A stretch of 48,232 bases of DNA from positions 1-48,232 of the forward strand of contig JBNKCR010000050.1 in assembly GCA_050287845.1 (NCBI GenBank), read 5' to 3'. This DNA comes from Polyangia bacterium. Its GTDB lineage: Bacteria; Myxococcota_A; Polyangia; JAAYKL01. This document shows positions 7,650 to 16,937 of this stretch, piece by piece. The notes below the pieces were generated by a model, which saw only the letters and a program-made list of their open reading frames with translations, was not told the DNA's origin and searched no databases. How positions within the stretch are numbered: the stretch's first letter is position 1; every line of letters starts with the position of its first letter. Both the position numbers and the translations under genes were made by a program.

Positions 7650-8174
7650 CTAGTTCCAGAGTTTCCGGAGAAAATACGCCAGCGCATATGCCCCGATAAA
7701 AATACTGAACATGAACGCGAAAGAACCTACCGAGAGCACCGCGCCACCACTCAGTGCCTGACCGGATGTACATCCTCTGGCCAGCCGGGCGCCATAGCCC
7801 ATAATCACGCCGCCGACGATGGCCATGACAATGCGAGTGGTATTGGAGATTCTGGGCCCTTTTCGGATTTCAACTTTAAGTCGACCGTGAATCGCCCCCG
7901 AGATGAAACCACCCAGAATGGTCCCCACCAGCATGGCCACACCGCTGTTGGCCAGAGAAAAACTGGTGCCGCCCCCCATATGGGCCAGGTATCCCACCCT
8001 ATCCACATGGGAAGGGGCGAACAGTTCCAGTATGCTCACCATCACCCGGTTGATTGCCCCCGATGCACCCAGACCGTTCCCGGTAATGTAAAATGCCAGA
8101 AACAGCACCACCCCCAGTAAGGCACCGCCCAGATAGGGATTGATATAGGGGCGGGCATTGGTTGACCTATTCAT
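7650..8174 (-). CDS. YeeE/YedE family membrane protein (half-size)
   Basis: PYLGGALLG, GTILGGFISG, GGVIMGYGARLARGCTSGQALSG. Confidence 0.92.
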   Translation of the reverse strand: MNRSTNARPYINPYLGGALLGVVLFLAFYITGNGLGASGAINRVMVSILELFAPSHVDRVGYLAHMGGGTSFSLANSGVAMLVGTILGGFISGAIHGRLKVEIRKGPRISNTTRIVMAIVGGVIMGYGARLARGCTSGQALSGGAVLSVGSFAFMFSIFIGAYALAYFLRKLWN

Positions 8175-10596
8175 TGAAATCTCCTTTTATGGAAGCCGCT
8201 TCGACCTCGTCAAAGCCGGTAACCATTGCCGAAATATTTGAAAGTACCGTATGTCCGGTGGTGGTCAGATACAGATGTACCACCAGGAACGTCAGAAACA
8301 GCCAGGACCCCAGATTGTGCAGGGGACCGATAATGGTGAGTCCACCCAACGGCGCCATGACTTCCGGCCATCCCGCATTCATCCAAATCGCGACACCGGT
8401 AATCACCTGAAGCGGAAACAGCACGTTCAACAGACCCAGGTATGTGAGTTGCTGCAATGGATTGAGTTTCTTATCCGGCGATTTCGATGTGGGATGGGGA
8501 TGACCGAGGAAGATGCCCCGGGTGTAGTAGTCGACCTGTCGGACAAGGGCCTGCAGCAGACCATTCTTTTCCGGAATAAACTGCAGAATCGCGGCGCTGG
8601 CCACGTGGAAAAAGAGGGACAGCCCGGCGTTGACCACCAGCACAATTGCCGTAATGTTGTGCACGGTAACCGCCACCGGAAATGAGATGACGGAAAACGC
8701 CAGGGGAAAATGAATCTTCAACCCCGTAATCAGGAGCACAATCACGCTGGCCGCCATCAACCAGTGCCATATCCGCTCATAAAGTGAATACATGTATACC
8801 TGCGTCATGGCCAGCAAATGATGTTGACGACGCGGGCGGGCGACAATCCGATAGCTGCCGTGCAGAAGCACCCCAAGGAATGACAGAATAAAAATAATGA
8901 ACCCACCGGTGTCGCTCCATGTGGTGCGGGTATGCCCGAATACATACCACGTTCGGGCGATGCCTCTGCGCTCCCAATCCACCGACGTAGACACCGTGAG
9001 GCTGCCGTGGGTCAGCTGCGCCACATTTTCGCCCTGGGCCATGTGTGCGCCGGACGGTATGCGTTGGGTGATAGTGATATTGGACCCCAATCGTCCGGTG
9101 GCATCGTGGCAGCTGTCACAGGATGCCAGGACGCCTTCTTTGTGCATAATCCCATGGACGATGGCGTGCACATCGATTTGACCAATCAGCCGGGGCTGGA
9201 CAATGCCCGCAGCTTTCAGCCATTTGGCGACGGTCCGGTTCTGCGCCTCGGTCCGGATGAGGAGCTCGTTCCCATCAATGCGACCATTGCCATTGCTGTC
9301 AAACAATGAAACCACTTCGGCGCGATATTTCTGCTGACCACCTCGCAAAAAGACCTTTTTCAGAACTGATGGAGGCACCCGACGGCCATTGGCATCGTTT
9401 ATCCAATACCAGTTGGCAACAAAATTGAACGCGCCGATTCGGGATTCGCCATCGCCGGTCCGATACGGCAGGAGGGAAGGGGACACACCTGCTGTTAGCC
9501 GGGCATTGAGAGATTCATTCGACTGATTTTTTTCTGCATATTCCAGTACTGGTCCCCCCTGGGAATTCACAACAGACTCATCGATAACCGACAGAGCCGG
9601 TCCGTAAATTCTGGGGACATGGCAGGACTGGCAATCCAGGACATTGAGATGCCGGGTTTTATACGGAAGAAAGTCGTGGGTCGCCGCGGCGTCATGACAG
9701 TCGGTGCATCTGGGCATGGCCAGTCGATGATCGGGTTGTTTGAGATAATCCGAAAACGATTGCTTCCGGGGATCTTTTCTCATGTGCCGGAGATTTTTGG
9801 ATTTGATGGTGGATTTTGCGGGATTGTTGCCGGTGTGGTGACAGTCCGCACAGCCCAGAAGTCTTGCCGCATGCACATCTGCGGGAAAATGCTTTTCTTC
9901 CTTATTCTGGATATTCAGCTGACTTTTACTCAACAGAACTTCCGAAAAGAACGCGCCAGTGGTCCGGGTGAGGTCGTAGGTGAGATAGCCATCTTCATCC
10001 CGAACCCTGGTTTCATAGTCATCGGGAATCGCCAGCACACCGGTCTCGGCAATGCCATGGCACTTTGCACAGACCGCCGATGTCGCCCGGGTGATTCGGG
10101 AATTCAACGCATCGATTTTTCCAAAAATATCCGCATTTTCTTTGGTCCATCCACTCCGGTCGGGCACGTGACAGTCGAAGCAGTCGATGGTGACATCGCC
10201 ATGTGCCCAATCGGGGGGCTCGCTGAAATGATGGGTATTGTTTTCGGTGATGAATGTGGCGTCGTGACAGTTGCCGCACGTGGTCGCCGCATCGATTTCC
10301 GTGTGGGTGAAAAATGCATTCTGATGGTTGCTGTTGAGTGGTTCCACCGACGGATGCATGACCGATACAGGCACCTTTCCCATGTCTCCGTGACGTGCAA
10401 ACTTGCTCTGCAGAGATTCTGACGTGGTTGCAGAATGTTCAGTGGTGTTGACCGCGTCGGTGTCGCTGATATCTGTGTTCGATGTATCGTTTGAATCTGA
10501 AGACGTGGTGTGAGCTGCTGAATCGGCCCGTGCAATCGCTGATACAAGGCCTGTGGCCAGTACGGATACCCAGACAGTCAGGATGAACGATTTCAT
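8167..10596 (-). CDS. Multiheme cytochrome c (7 CxxCH) fused to a C-terminal di-heme cytochrome b (PhsC/Ni-hydrogenase cyt b-like) membrane anchor
   Basis: Signal peptide; CGNCH, CFDCH, CAKCH, CADCH, CTDCH, CQSCH, CDSCH; cytochrome b motifs ERIWHW, VHN, NPLQQLTY, LHNLG, VHLYL. Start at ATG 10596 overlaps the upstream stop (ATGA). Confidence 0.9.
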   Translation of the reverse strand: MKSFILTVWVSVLATGLVSAIARADSAAHTTSSDSNDTSNTDISDTDAVNTTEHSATTSESLQSKFARHGDMGKVPVSVMHPSVEPLNSNHQNAFFTHTEIDAATTCGNCHDATFITENNTHHFSEPPDWAHGDVTIDCFDCHVPDRSGWTKENADIFGKIDALNSRITRATSAVCAKCHGIAETGVLAIPDDYETRVRDEDGYLTYDLTRTTGAFFSEVLLSKSQLNIQNKEEKHFPADVHAARLLGCADCHHTGNNPAKSTIKSKNLRHMRKDPRKQSFSDYLKQPDHRLAMPRCTDCHDAAATHDFLPYKTRHLNVLDCQSCHVPRIYGPALSVIDESVVNSQGGPVLEYAEKNQSNESLNARLTAGVSPSLLPYRTGDGESRIGAFNFVANWYWINDANGRRVPPSVLKKVFLRGGQQKYRAEVVSLFDSNGNGRIDGNELLIRTEAQNRTVAKWLKAAGIVQPRLIGQIDVHAIVHGIMHKEGVLASCDSCHDATGRLGSNITITQRIPSGAHMAQGENVAQLTHGSLTVSTSVDWERRGIARTWYVFGHTRTTWSDTGGFIIFILSFLGVLLHGSYRIVARPRRQHHLLAMTQVYMYSLYERIWHWLMAASVIVLLITGLKIHFPLAFSVISFPVAVTVHNITAIVLVVNAGLSLFFHVASAAILQFIPEKNGLLQALVRQVDYYTRGIFLGHPHPTSKSPDKKLNPLQQLTYLGLLNVLFPLQVITGVAIWMNAGWPEVMAPLGGLTIIGPLHNLGSWLFLTFLVVHLYLTTTGHTVLSNISAMVTGFDEVEAASIKGDFNE

Positions 10597-12038
10597 CGGG
10601 TACCTCCCAGTATTTTTCTCGCGCCAACCTGGGCCGGGTCCCCCGGGTACCCCAGCGCTTTCCAGTCCATGCGTCCGTTTTCGCCATGACAGGCGGTGCA
10701 CAGCAACGCGTCTTTTCCAGGCACCACCATGTGAGAAAGAGGCCAGTACATCTCGGTTCGCGTGAATCCCAGCTTGCCGCTATACGGCTGGCCGGTGGCT
10801 TTCGCGCCAAGGGCCATGGCTTTATCCCAGTCGAATGCATGCCAGTATCCCCCTTCACCGGAAGTGGTAGGTACCGTCAGGATGTTGTTTCCGGCGTCAT
10901 ACGGCTGGATCGCATAATGAATTTTAAACGGGTGAATTTTAGAATTGGCATCATTGATATTGCCTCTGGGCTGATTGATGGCGGTCACTTCTTCGGGATT
11001 GATGGTGTCGCCAATCAAATATCGTTCCGCGGTGCCATTGTACCAGCGATATACGGGAATAACATCGGTCTCGTAAACGAACTCCCCTTTAATTTTCAGA
11101 TAATGGTGCGGATCGTCCGGGCGGGAGTCATCTCCGGCTTTCGACCAGTCCCAATACGTTTTGGTCGGATTTCGCCTGGCATAGGTGGGGATGTGACATG
11201 ATTCGCAGGCCACCGCATCCAGATGCCGGTTGATTCGCTCATCCGCATGGGGCATCTGACTGTGGCAGTCCGTGCAGAAAATACCGTTTTCCTGCGTGAC
11301 GCTCACGGACATCGAAGCTCCCCTGATGTTGTGATTTTCTGTCTTGTGGCAGTCGATGCACAGCAAGTTATGTTTGCCCATATGCACATCGTCCCGCTCC
11401 ATGGGATTGTTCAGGCTGGCATCCAAATCCCCGTGTTTCACCCCCATCCCTCCGCCACCGAAGTTGTGACAGAGGCCGCAATTGTTGCGTTTGGGGTATC
11501 CGACGCTTTTCGCCACAGCTGTTAAATCCACATCCGGATCGGGGATGCCAGCACTCTTTTTCCGATAGTTACCGGTACCGTCGTGGCACACCAGACAGTC
11601 CACCAGTGATTCATCCTGAAAATCAAACGTGTCGTCCTGCCATCCATATCCGGCGTGGCACCGCGTACACGAAGACCAGTTTCCCTGAATGCCGATGCAA
11701 AAGTTGTTGATGAGGTTGCGTTTGCCAATCCTGAAGTTGCCATCGTGACCGGGAACCATGACCGGTTTACCCACCCACTGAAAATGAGATGTCTGCATCA
11801 TATCCTTTGCCGCATTCGGATGACATTCCAGACAGGCGCGCGTCACCTCCGGTCCCGTTTTGAATTTCCGGGTAATCAGCGGGCCATGATCCAGATGTTC
11901 CCGGATTTTCTGCGTATATTCCGGCTTGGGCGGCGCTGGTTCTTTCATCTGAGGCGTCAGGAATACCGAGAGGACAACGATTACCGATGAAATGCCCAGC
12001 AGAATGTATACCCATGGTTGCTTTAAAAACGTTTTCAT
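10593..12038 (-). CDS. otr: Octaheme tetrathionate reductase (OTR)-family c-type cytochrome, N-terminally membrane-anchored
   Basis: Eight CxxCH motifs; OTR-type motifs GPEVTRACLECH, IGKRNLINNFC, CHAGYGW, GGGGMGVKHGDLD, DVHMG, TKTYWDWSKAG. Confidence 0.9.
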   Translation of the reverse strand: MKTFLKQPWVYILLGISSVIVVLSVFLTPQMKEPAPPKPEYTQKIREHLDHGPLITRKFKTGPEVTRACLECHPNAAKDMMQTSHFQWVGKPVMVPGHDGNFRIGKRNLINNFCIGIQGNWSSCTRCHAGYGWQDDTFDFQDESLVDCLVCHDGTGNYRKKSAGIPDPDVDLTAVAKSVGYPKRNNCGLCHNFGGGGMGVKHGDLDASLNNPMERDDVHMGKHNLLCIDCHKTENHNIRGASMSVSVTQENGIFCTDCHSQMPHADERINRHLDAVACESCHIPTYARRNPTKTYWDWSKAGDDSRPDDPHHYLKIKGEFVYETDVIPVYRWYNGTAERYLIGDTINPEEVTAINQPRGNINDANSKIHPFKIHYAIQPYDAGNNILTVPTTSGEGGYWHAFDWDKAMALGAKATGQPYSGKLGFTRTEMYWPLSHMVVPGKDALLCTACHGENGRMDWKALGYPGDPAQVGARKILGGTR

Positions 12039-12049
12039 CGCATCTCCCC

Positions 12050-12343
12050 TCAGTGTTCACATGAGATCAGACAGGTAATCAGCTGTTTCAGTTGTGGCTC
12101 GGCCAGCGAATATGTGGCTTTTCCGCCAGTGCGATCCACGGCCACCAGCCCCAGATGTCGAAGCGGTGTCAGATGCTGGGACACCTGGGTCTGTCGAACG
12201 GAAAGCGTTTCGCAGAGTTCATTCACGCACAGATCACCTTCGCAGAGAACGCTGATAATCTGAAGTCTCAGGGGATGACTGAGCCCTTTGAGAATATCCG
12301 CCAGTTGTGGAGCCCTGTTTCCCGGTATTCTGTATTCTGCCAT
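12050..12343 (-). CDS. ArsR/SmtB-family transcriptional repressor (Cys-containing; possibly persulfide-sensing)
   Basis: LKGLSHPLRLQIISVL, VNELCETL, QTQVSQHLTPLR, ATYSL; five Cys including C-terminal CLISC. Start set at ATG 12343. Confidence 0.9.
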   Translation of the reverse strand: MAEYRIPGNRAPQLADILKGLSHPLRLQIISVLCEGDLCVNELCETLSVRQTQVSQHLTPLRHLGLVAVDRTGGKATYSLAEPQLKQLITCLISCEH

Positions 12344-12370
12344 ATGGATTCCTTGTATTTTTATATAGTG

Positions 12371-12400
12371 ATATTGCAATATAGCCATCTCTCAATATTG
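12371..12400. promoter_or_regulatory. Candidate ArsR operator
   Basis: Perfect palindrome ATATTGCAATAT (12371-12382) and a related CAATATTG (12393-12400), 28-57 nt upstream of the arsR start in a divergent intergenic region. Confidence 0.4.
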
Positions 12401-12532
12401 CAGGATCCCCCGGACTGTCAAGTATATGATCGGATGTTCCGTAATCGTTTTGAATGGAAGCCCGACAATATAAAAAAAAATGAAGTTTTTGGTCTTGTTG
12501 TTCCCCGGTGAAAAGATTATTAGATCGTCATC

Positions 12533-13777
12533 ATGACAATACCTAAGAACGAAGTGACTGTACTTCATATCGAAAGTAACGCGGACAACCGTCGTCTCGT
12601 TCATGAGACACTGGTAAACAATGGCATTAATGTCATCGACGCTTCCACCGGCATTGACGGCATTCAAAAAGCGCTATCCTCCTCGCCGGACGTCATCTTG
12701 CTGGATATTGAATTACCGGATTTGGATGGATATGAAGTGACGTTGAAAATCAGGGGGGATGCACGGGGGAAGGACGTACCGATTGTGGCCCTGGCCCGCC
12801 AAACGGACAACCGGATGATTCAGGCGGTGGGGTGTGATGGATTAATCGTCAAACCAATTGAAATTTCAAAGCTTCCCAATCAGATTCGCGCCTTCGCTGA
12901 AGCGGGACGCCCCCAATTACAGATTCGGAGTGGCAGCGATCGGGATGATGACAGCGGCCTGCTGCTGCTTCAGGGGCATAAGCTGGCGGACAAGTTGCAG
13001 AGTAAAGTGCAGGAGCTGGAGCGCACCAACCGGGCGCTTCTGGAATCTGAGAAAATCCGAACCGATTTTTATCGAAATCTTTCCCACGAACTGTCCACGC
13101 CCCTCACACCGGCGGTGGGCTATCTCAACATGCTTCTGAATGAAGATCTGGGGGAGCTGACCCCACTGCAGCGAAAGGCGATAGAGTCCATTGGCAGAGG
13201 GGTGAACAAGGTTCGTTCCATGGTTGAAAATCTGCTCGATGTGACGGCGCTTTCAACCGGAAAAATGTCTTTTTTTGCCCGGGAATACGATTTCAATATG
13301 CAGGCCAGGGAAGCGTTGAAGCTGTGTGCGGAGCAATTCCGGGAGCGCGGGATTCATGTGGATTCATCCATACCCAAATCCCAGTTCGTCGGCCATGGCG
13401 ATTCTGAAAAATTGCGTCGTGCGATGGTTCAACTGCTTGAAAACGCTGTTAAATTTTGCAAGCCCGATGGTCAGGTCCATGTTTGCACCCGGCGTACCGC
13501 AGACCGGTTCATGTATATGGTATACGATTCCGGCACGGGAATTCCCGAACAGGAACTGCAGGCGATTTTCAAAACTTTCTATCAAATCGACGGGTCCCCC
13601 ACCCGCGAACATGGTGGCACGGGATTGGGGCTGGCGCTGGCGCGAAAAATTATCGAGCGGTTCGGGGGAGAAATATGGGCGGAATCCCCGCCGAGCGAGT
13701 ATGCGGTCGGATTTGAGTGGGCCCAGACCATGGTGGGACTATGGGTACCCGTCCGGGTGGCTGACAATCAATCCTGA
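12533..13777 (+). CDS. Hybrid response regulator/histidine kinase (REC-HisKA-HATPase)
   Basis: DVILLDIELPDLDGYE; LSHELSTPLT; QLLENAVKF; DSGTGIP; GGTGLGLAL. Confidence 0.93.
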   Translation: MTIPKNEVTVLHIESNADNRRLVHETLVNNGINVIDASTGIDGIQKALSSSPDVILLDIELPDLDGYEVTLKIRGDARGKDVPIVALARQTDNRMIQAVGCDGLIVKPIEISKLPNQIRAFAEAGRPQLQIRSGSDRDDDSGLLLLQGHKLADKLQSKVQELERTNRALLESEKIRTDFYRNLSHELSTPLTPAVGYLNMLLNEDLGELTPLQRKAIESIGRGVNKVRSMVENLLDVTALSTGKMSFFAREYDFNMQAREALKLCAEQFRERGIHVDSSIPKSQFVGHGDSEKLRRAMVQLLENAVKFCKPDGQVHVCTRRTADRFMYMVYDSGTGIPEQELQAIFKTFYQIDGSPTREHGGTGLGLALARKIIERFGGEIWAESPPSEYAVGFEWAQTMVGLWVPVRVADNQS

Positions 13778-13792
13778 GTTGTACCTGAAGAG

Positions 13793-14009
13793 TTATCCAC
13801 AGCCTTTCCGGAGGTATATCTGTTGAAATACTGCAGATGTTCGAATATAACATCATGAAATCATTTTATTTTATTTGTCAGAAATTTGGGGGGAATTTTC
13901 CGGAAAATTTATCCACAGGTTATTCACACATATTCACAGGGCATTCAGAACCTGGAAAATTTACCCACTGCTGTCCACAGTTTGTCCCCACATTTTCCAC
14001 TGTGAAAAA
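13793..14009. promoter_or_regulatory. DnaA-box cluster (oriC-like or DnaA-titration locus)
   Basis: TTATCCACA at 13793 and 13909; TTATTCACA 13920; ATATTCACA 13930; TTACCCACT 13961; CTGTCCACA 13971; TTGTCCCCA 13982; TTTTCCACT 13993; reverse TTTTTCACA at 14001-14009; AT-rich stretch at ~13845-13880. Confidence 0.75.
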
Positions 14010-14010
14010 A

Positions 14011-14057
14011 AACGGCGAACTCGAATCGGGGGGGCTAAGTTTCACGAGTTCGCCGTT
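14011..14057. repeat. 13-bp inverted repeat directly after the DnaA-box cluster
   Basis: AACGGCGAACTCG (14011-14023) / CGAGTTCGCCGTT (14045-14057). Confidence 0.6.
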
Positions 14058-14391
14058 ACTAACTGCTTAAAATTAATGCAATTCATATGCCAGCACCTGT
14101 GTTGCGCCCTGCCAATATGAGAATTCTGCGATCACCCGGATGCTGCATATTTGATGGTCAATTTTATTTCATCTGTGCTAAACTGCGAGTTTCAATATTG
14201 AAAGTCTTTGTTTCAATTGGGTTATTTTTTGACATGTGAGTATAATCGTACAAATTATATGCTCACCTGTCCGAATCAGATTTGAGTTGATTAGTTTTGA
14301 GGAGGATGCGATTCGGAAGGACAAGAAGCTTCGGCAAGGTCAACTGATTTTCGATTCGGTTCAGCTCAACAGAAGGCAGATATGCGAAGTG

Positions 14392-16365
14392 ATGTCATTA
14401 ACGATCTATAATGTAATTGTTTTTTCCGATAGCAGTTTTGATCTACTTGGTTTTCGCCGGGCACTGAAAAAGGCTTCGTTTCACTGCGAAACCGTTTTTG
14501 TCGATTCATGTGACGAATTGATTCGCAGTCTTGATGGGGATGATGGCACGTTCGACCTGGCGGTTGTCGATTACGGAGATGTGGCGGACGAAGCACTCCG
14601 GGCAGCCCAAATCCTTGTCGGCGAAACAGATCTCCCGCTAATTGGTATATTTGGTCCGGACAGTCACGAACTGATTGCCAGAGAACTGCAGGAAGGAATT
14701 ACGTCCTATGTGGTCCGGGCAGCAAAGGGCGATCATTTCGATGTCCTATCGGTTCTGATTCGCAGCAATGTTCGAAAGCAGGGGGATTTGGCCAAGTTTG
14801 ACAGGTTCCGGGAACAGATTGCCATGCTTAAAAAGGAGCAGTTTGCGCTGTTGAATTCCAGCCTGACCCTGATTTCATACCACCGCCCCGACACCCAGAT
14901 TATCTGGTCAAATGCCTACGAAGAAGATGGCGAAGTCAGTTCCTACGACTATCTGGCCGGAAGATATTGCAGAGAAATATGGAAGAATGGCGGAATTCCA
15001 AATGGTAAATGTCCCATTGCCACGGCCGTCGAAACCGGAGAGTCCGTGGAAGCGGAAGTCACCACATTGGATGGGTATACGATGTTGCAACGGTCGTATC
15101 CCATCAAGGATGAAAATGGGAAAACGATTGGCGTCATGGCCAGCACGCTCGATATGTCCGCTGTTTCCCCGGCCCAGGAAGCCATGCGGACGGCTGCCCG
15201 AATCCAGGCGTCGGCAACCCTGGCCGGGGGCATTGCGCACAAGTTCAACAACCTCATGGCCGGGGTGATGGGAAACGTGTCCCTGGCGCTGCAGGACCTG
15301 GGCGAAGGGCATCCCGCCGGTCCACTTCTGTATGAGATTGAACAGGCCGCTCACACTGCCGGAGAGCTGTCTGAGCAGCTGCTGGCGTTTGCCCGCGGTG
15401 GCAAATATCTGCCCAAGCGCATCAATATGAATGAAGTCATCACCGAGGCCCTCCAGACCCATTCCCGGAGACTGCCGGAGAAAATCAGGCTTTCTCACGA
15501 TTTGTCGAAGGAATTGTGGCCCATCGATGCGAATCAGGCTCAGATGGGATTGCTGCTTGCCCAGGTGTTCAACAACGCGGTGGAAGCCATTGAAGCCAGC
15601 GAACGCTTTGAATCCGGTGAGGGGAAAATTTTCATCCGCACCTCCAATGAACAGATTGTGGATTCCGCCAACTCAAAAAAACCGTGGCTTCGAGATGGTC
15701 GATATGTCTGTATCTCCCTTGAAGACAACGGTTGTGGCATGAGTGCGGAAACCCGGCAGAAAATATTCGAACCATTTTTCACCACCAAGAAGAAGGGGAG
15801 AGGGCTTGGACTTTCCGGTGCCTACGGGATTGTGCGCAGCCACGAAGGGCACATTTTCGTTGAGTCCGAAAAGGGCACCGGCACAATGGTTACCATTCAT
15901 ATTCCGGCAACAAATGTCGAGGAACTTCCCGTGGAAACCAAAGGTGCAGGAGAAAGTGAAGTTGTCCGGCCCGCTGTGCTGGCGCGCGGCACTGAAACCG
16001 TACTGGTGGTGGACGACGAGGAAATGCTGAGAAAAGCCGTTCGTCGGCTGCTCGTTCGTCTGGGATACACCGTTCTGGAAGCATCCAGTGGTGATGAAGC
16101 CCTCGAAGTCGCCAGAAATCACGACGGGGCCATCCACATCACCCTGCTCGACATGATTATGCCCGGGTTGGACGGGATGGATGCCTATCGGCAGTTGAAG
16201 AACGCCTACCCCGACATGGAAGTTATCGTGATGAGTGGTTACGATCGCGAAACTTATGGGGATGCGTTGCTGGACGCCGGAGCGGGGGCATTTTTACAGA
16301 AACCGGTCCCCATGGATAGATTTGCCAGTGAAATTCGTCGCATTCTCGATGAGAAGAACGAATAA
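14392..16365 (+). CDS. Hybrid histidine kinase (degenerate REC - PAS - HisKA - HATPase - REC)
   Basis: LAGGIAHKFNN, NNAVEA, DNGCGM, FEPFFTTK, GLGLS; C-terminal REC with VDDE, LLDMIMP, KP. The start is uncertain (ORF track 14236; ATG 14392 preferred). Confidence 0.9.
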   Translation: MSLTIYNVIVFSDSSFDLLGFRRALKKASFHCETVFVDSCDELIRSLDGDDGTFDLAVVDYGDVADEALRAAQILVGETDLPLIGIFGPDSHELIARELQEGITSYVVRAAKGDHFDVLSVLIRSNVRKQGDLAKFDRFREQIAMLKKEQFALLNSSLTLISYHRPDTQIIWSNAYEEDGEVSSYDYLAGRYCREIWKNGGIPNGKCPIATAVETGESVEAEVTTLDGYTMLQRSYPIKDENGKTIGVMASTLDMSAVSPAQEAMRTAARIQASATLAGGIAHKFNNLMAGVMGNVSLALQDLGEGHPAGPLLYEIEQAAHTAGELSEQLLAFARGGKYLPKRINMNEVITEALQTHSRRLPEKIRLSHDLSKELWPIDANQAQMGLLLAQVFNNAVEAIEASERFESGEGKIFIRTSNEQIVDSANSKKPWLRDGRYVCISLEDNGCGMSAETRQKIFEPFFTTKKKGRGLGLSGAYGIVRSHEGHIFVESEKGTGTMVTIHIPATNVEELPVETKGAGESEVVRPAVLARGTETVLVVDDEEMLRKAVRRLLVRLGYTVLEASSGDEALEVARNHDGAIHITLLDMIMPGLDGMDAYRQLKNAYPDMEVIVMSGYDRETYGDALLDAGAGAFLQKPVPMDRFASEIRRILDEKNE

Positions 16366-16415
16366 ACCGAATCAGGGTTCCATGATGGCGCCGCCCATCC
16401 GCAGGACAATTGTAT

Positions 16416-16931
16416 TCAGCGCTGAGAGAGAATTTCAGCCGCGATTTCCTGCGGAGAAAGATCGTCGGTATTCACACTGAAATCCGCAGCGGCGTCATAC
16501 AGGGGGGTGCGGTCCTTCAGCACCTGCTCTATTTCTTCAAGAAATGTCTTACCGGCCACAAGGGCAGGGCGTTCGGTGGAATCGGATATTCGGGCTTCGA
16601 TTACTGCCGGCGATGCTTTGAGCCAGAAGAGCTTTCCATTGGATTTAAGAACCGATGTATTCGCATCTCTCAGAATGACGCCGCCACCGCAATCGATGAT
16701 GAGATTATGTTTTACAGCGAAACGCCGGGTGATTTCTTCTTCCAAATCCCTGAACGCCTCCCATCCGCGCTGGGCAACGATTTGCGGTATGGACAGCTTT
16801 GCCTGTCTGACAATTTCATCATCGAGACTGACCGCCTGCTTGCCGGTCTTCTCCGCAAGACACTTGGAAACGGCTGATTTTCCGGTTCCCCGGTATCCAA
16901 TGAGCACAATATTTATATTTTCGGTAATCAT
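16416..16931 (-). CDS. aroK: Shikimate kinase
   Basis: LIGYRGTGKS, GWEAFRDLE, DCGGG, RPAL, RTPLY. Confidence 0.95.
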   Translation of the reverse strand: MITENINIVLIGYRGTGKSAVSKCLAEKTGKQAVSLDDEIVRQAKLSIPQIVAQRGWEAFRDLEEEITRRFAVKHNLIIDCGGGVILRDANTSVLKSNGKLFWLKASPAVIEARISDSTERPALVAGKTFLEEIEQVLKDRTPLYDAAADFSVNTDDLSPQEIAAEILSQR

Positions 16932-16937
16932 TTGATA

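Noticed and set aside
9619..10422. Long antisense ORFs (e.g. 9619-10422, 28562-29281, 26491-27222)
   Set aside because: They are shadow ORFs opposite well-supported genes.
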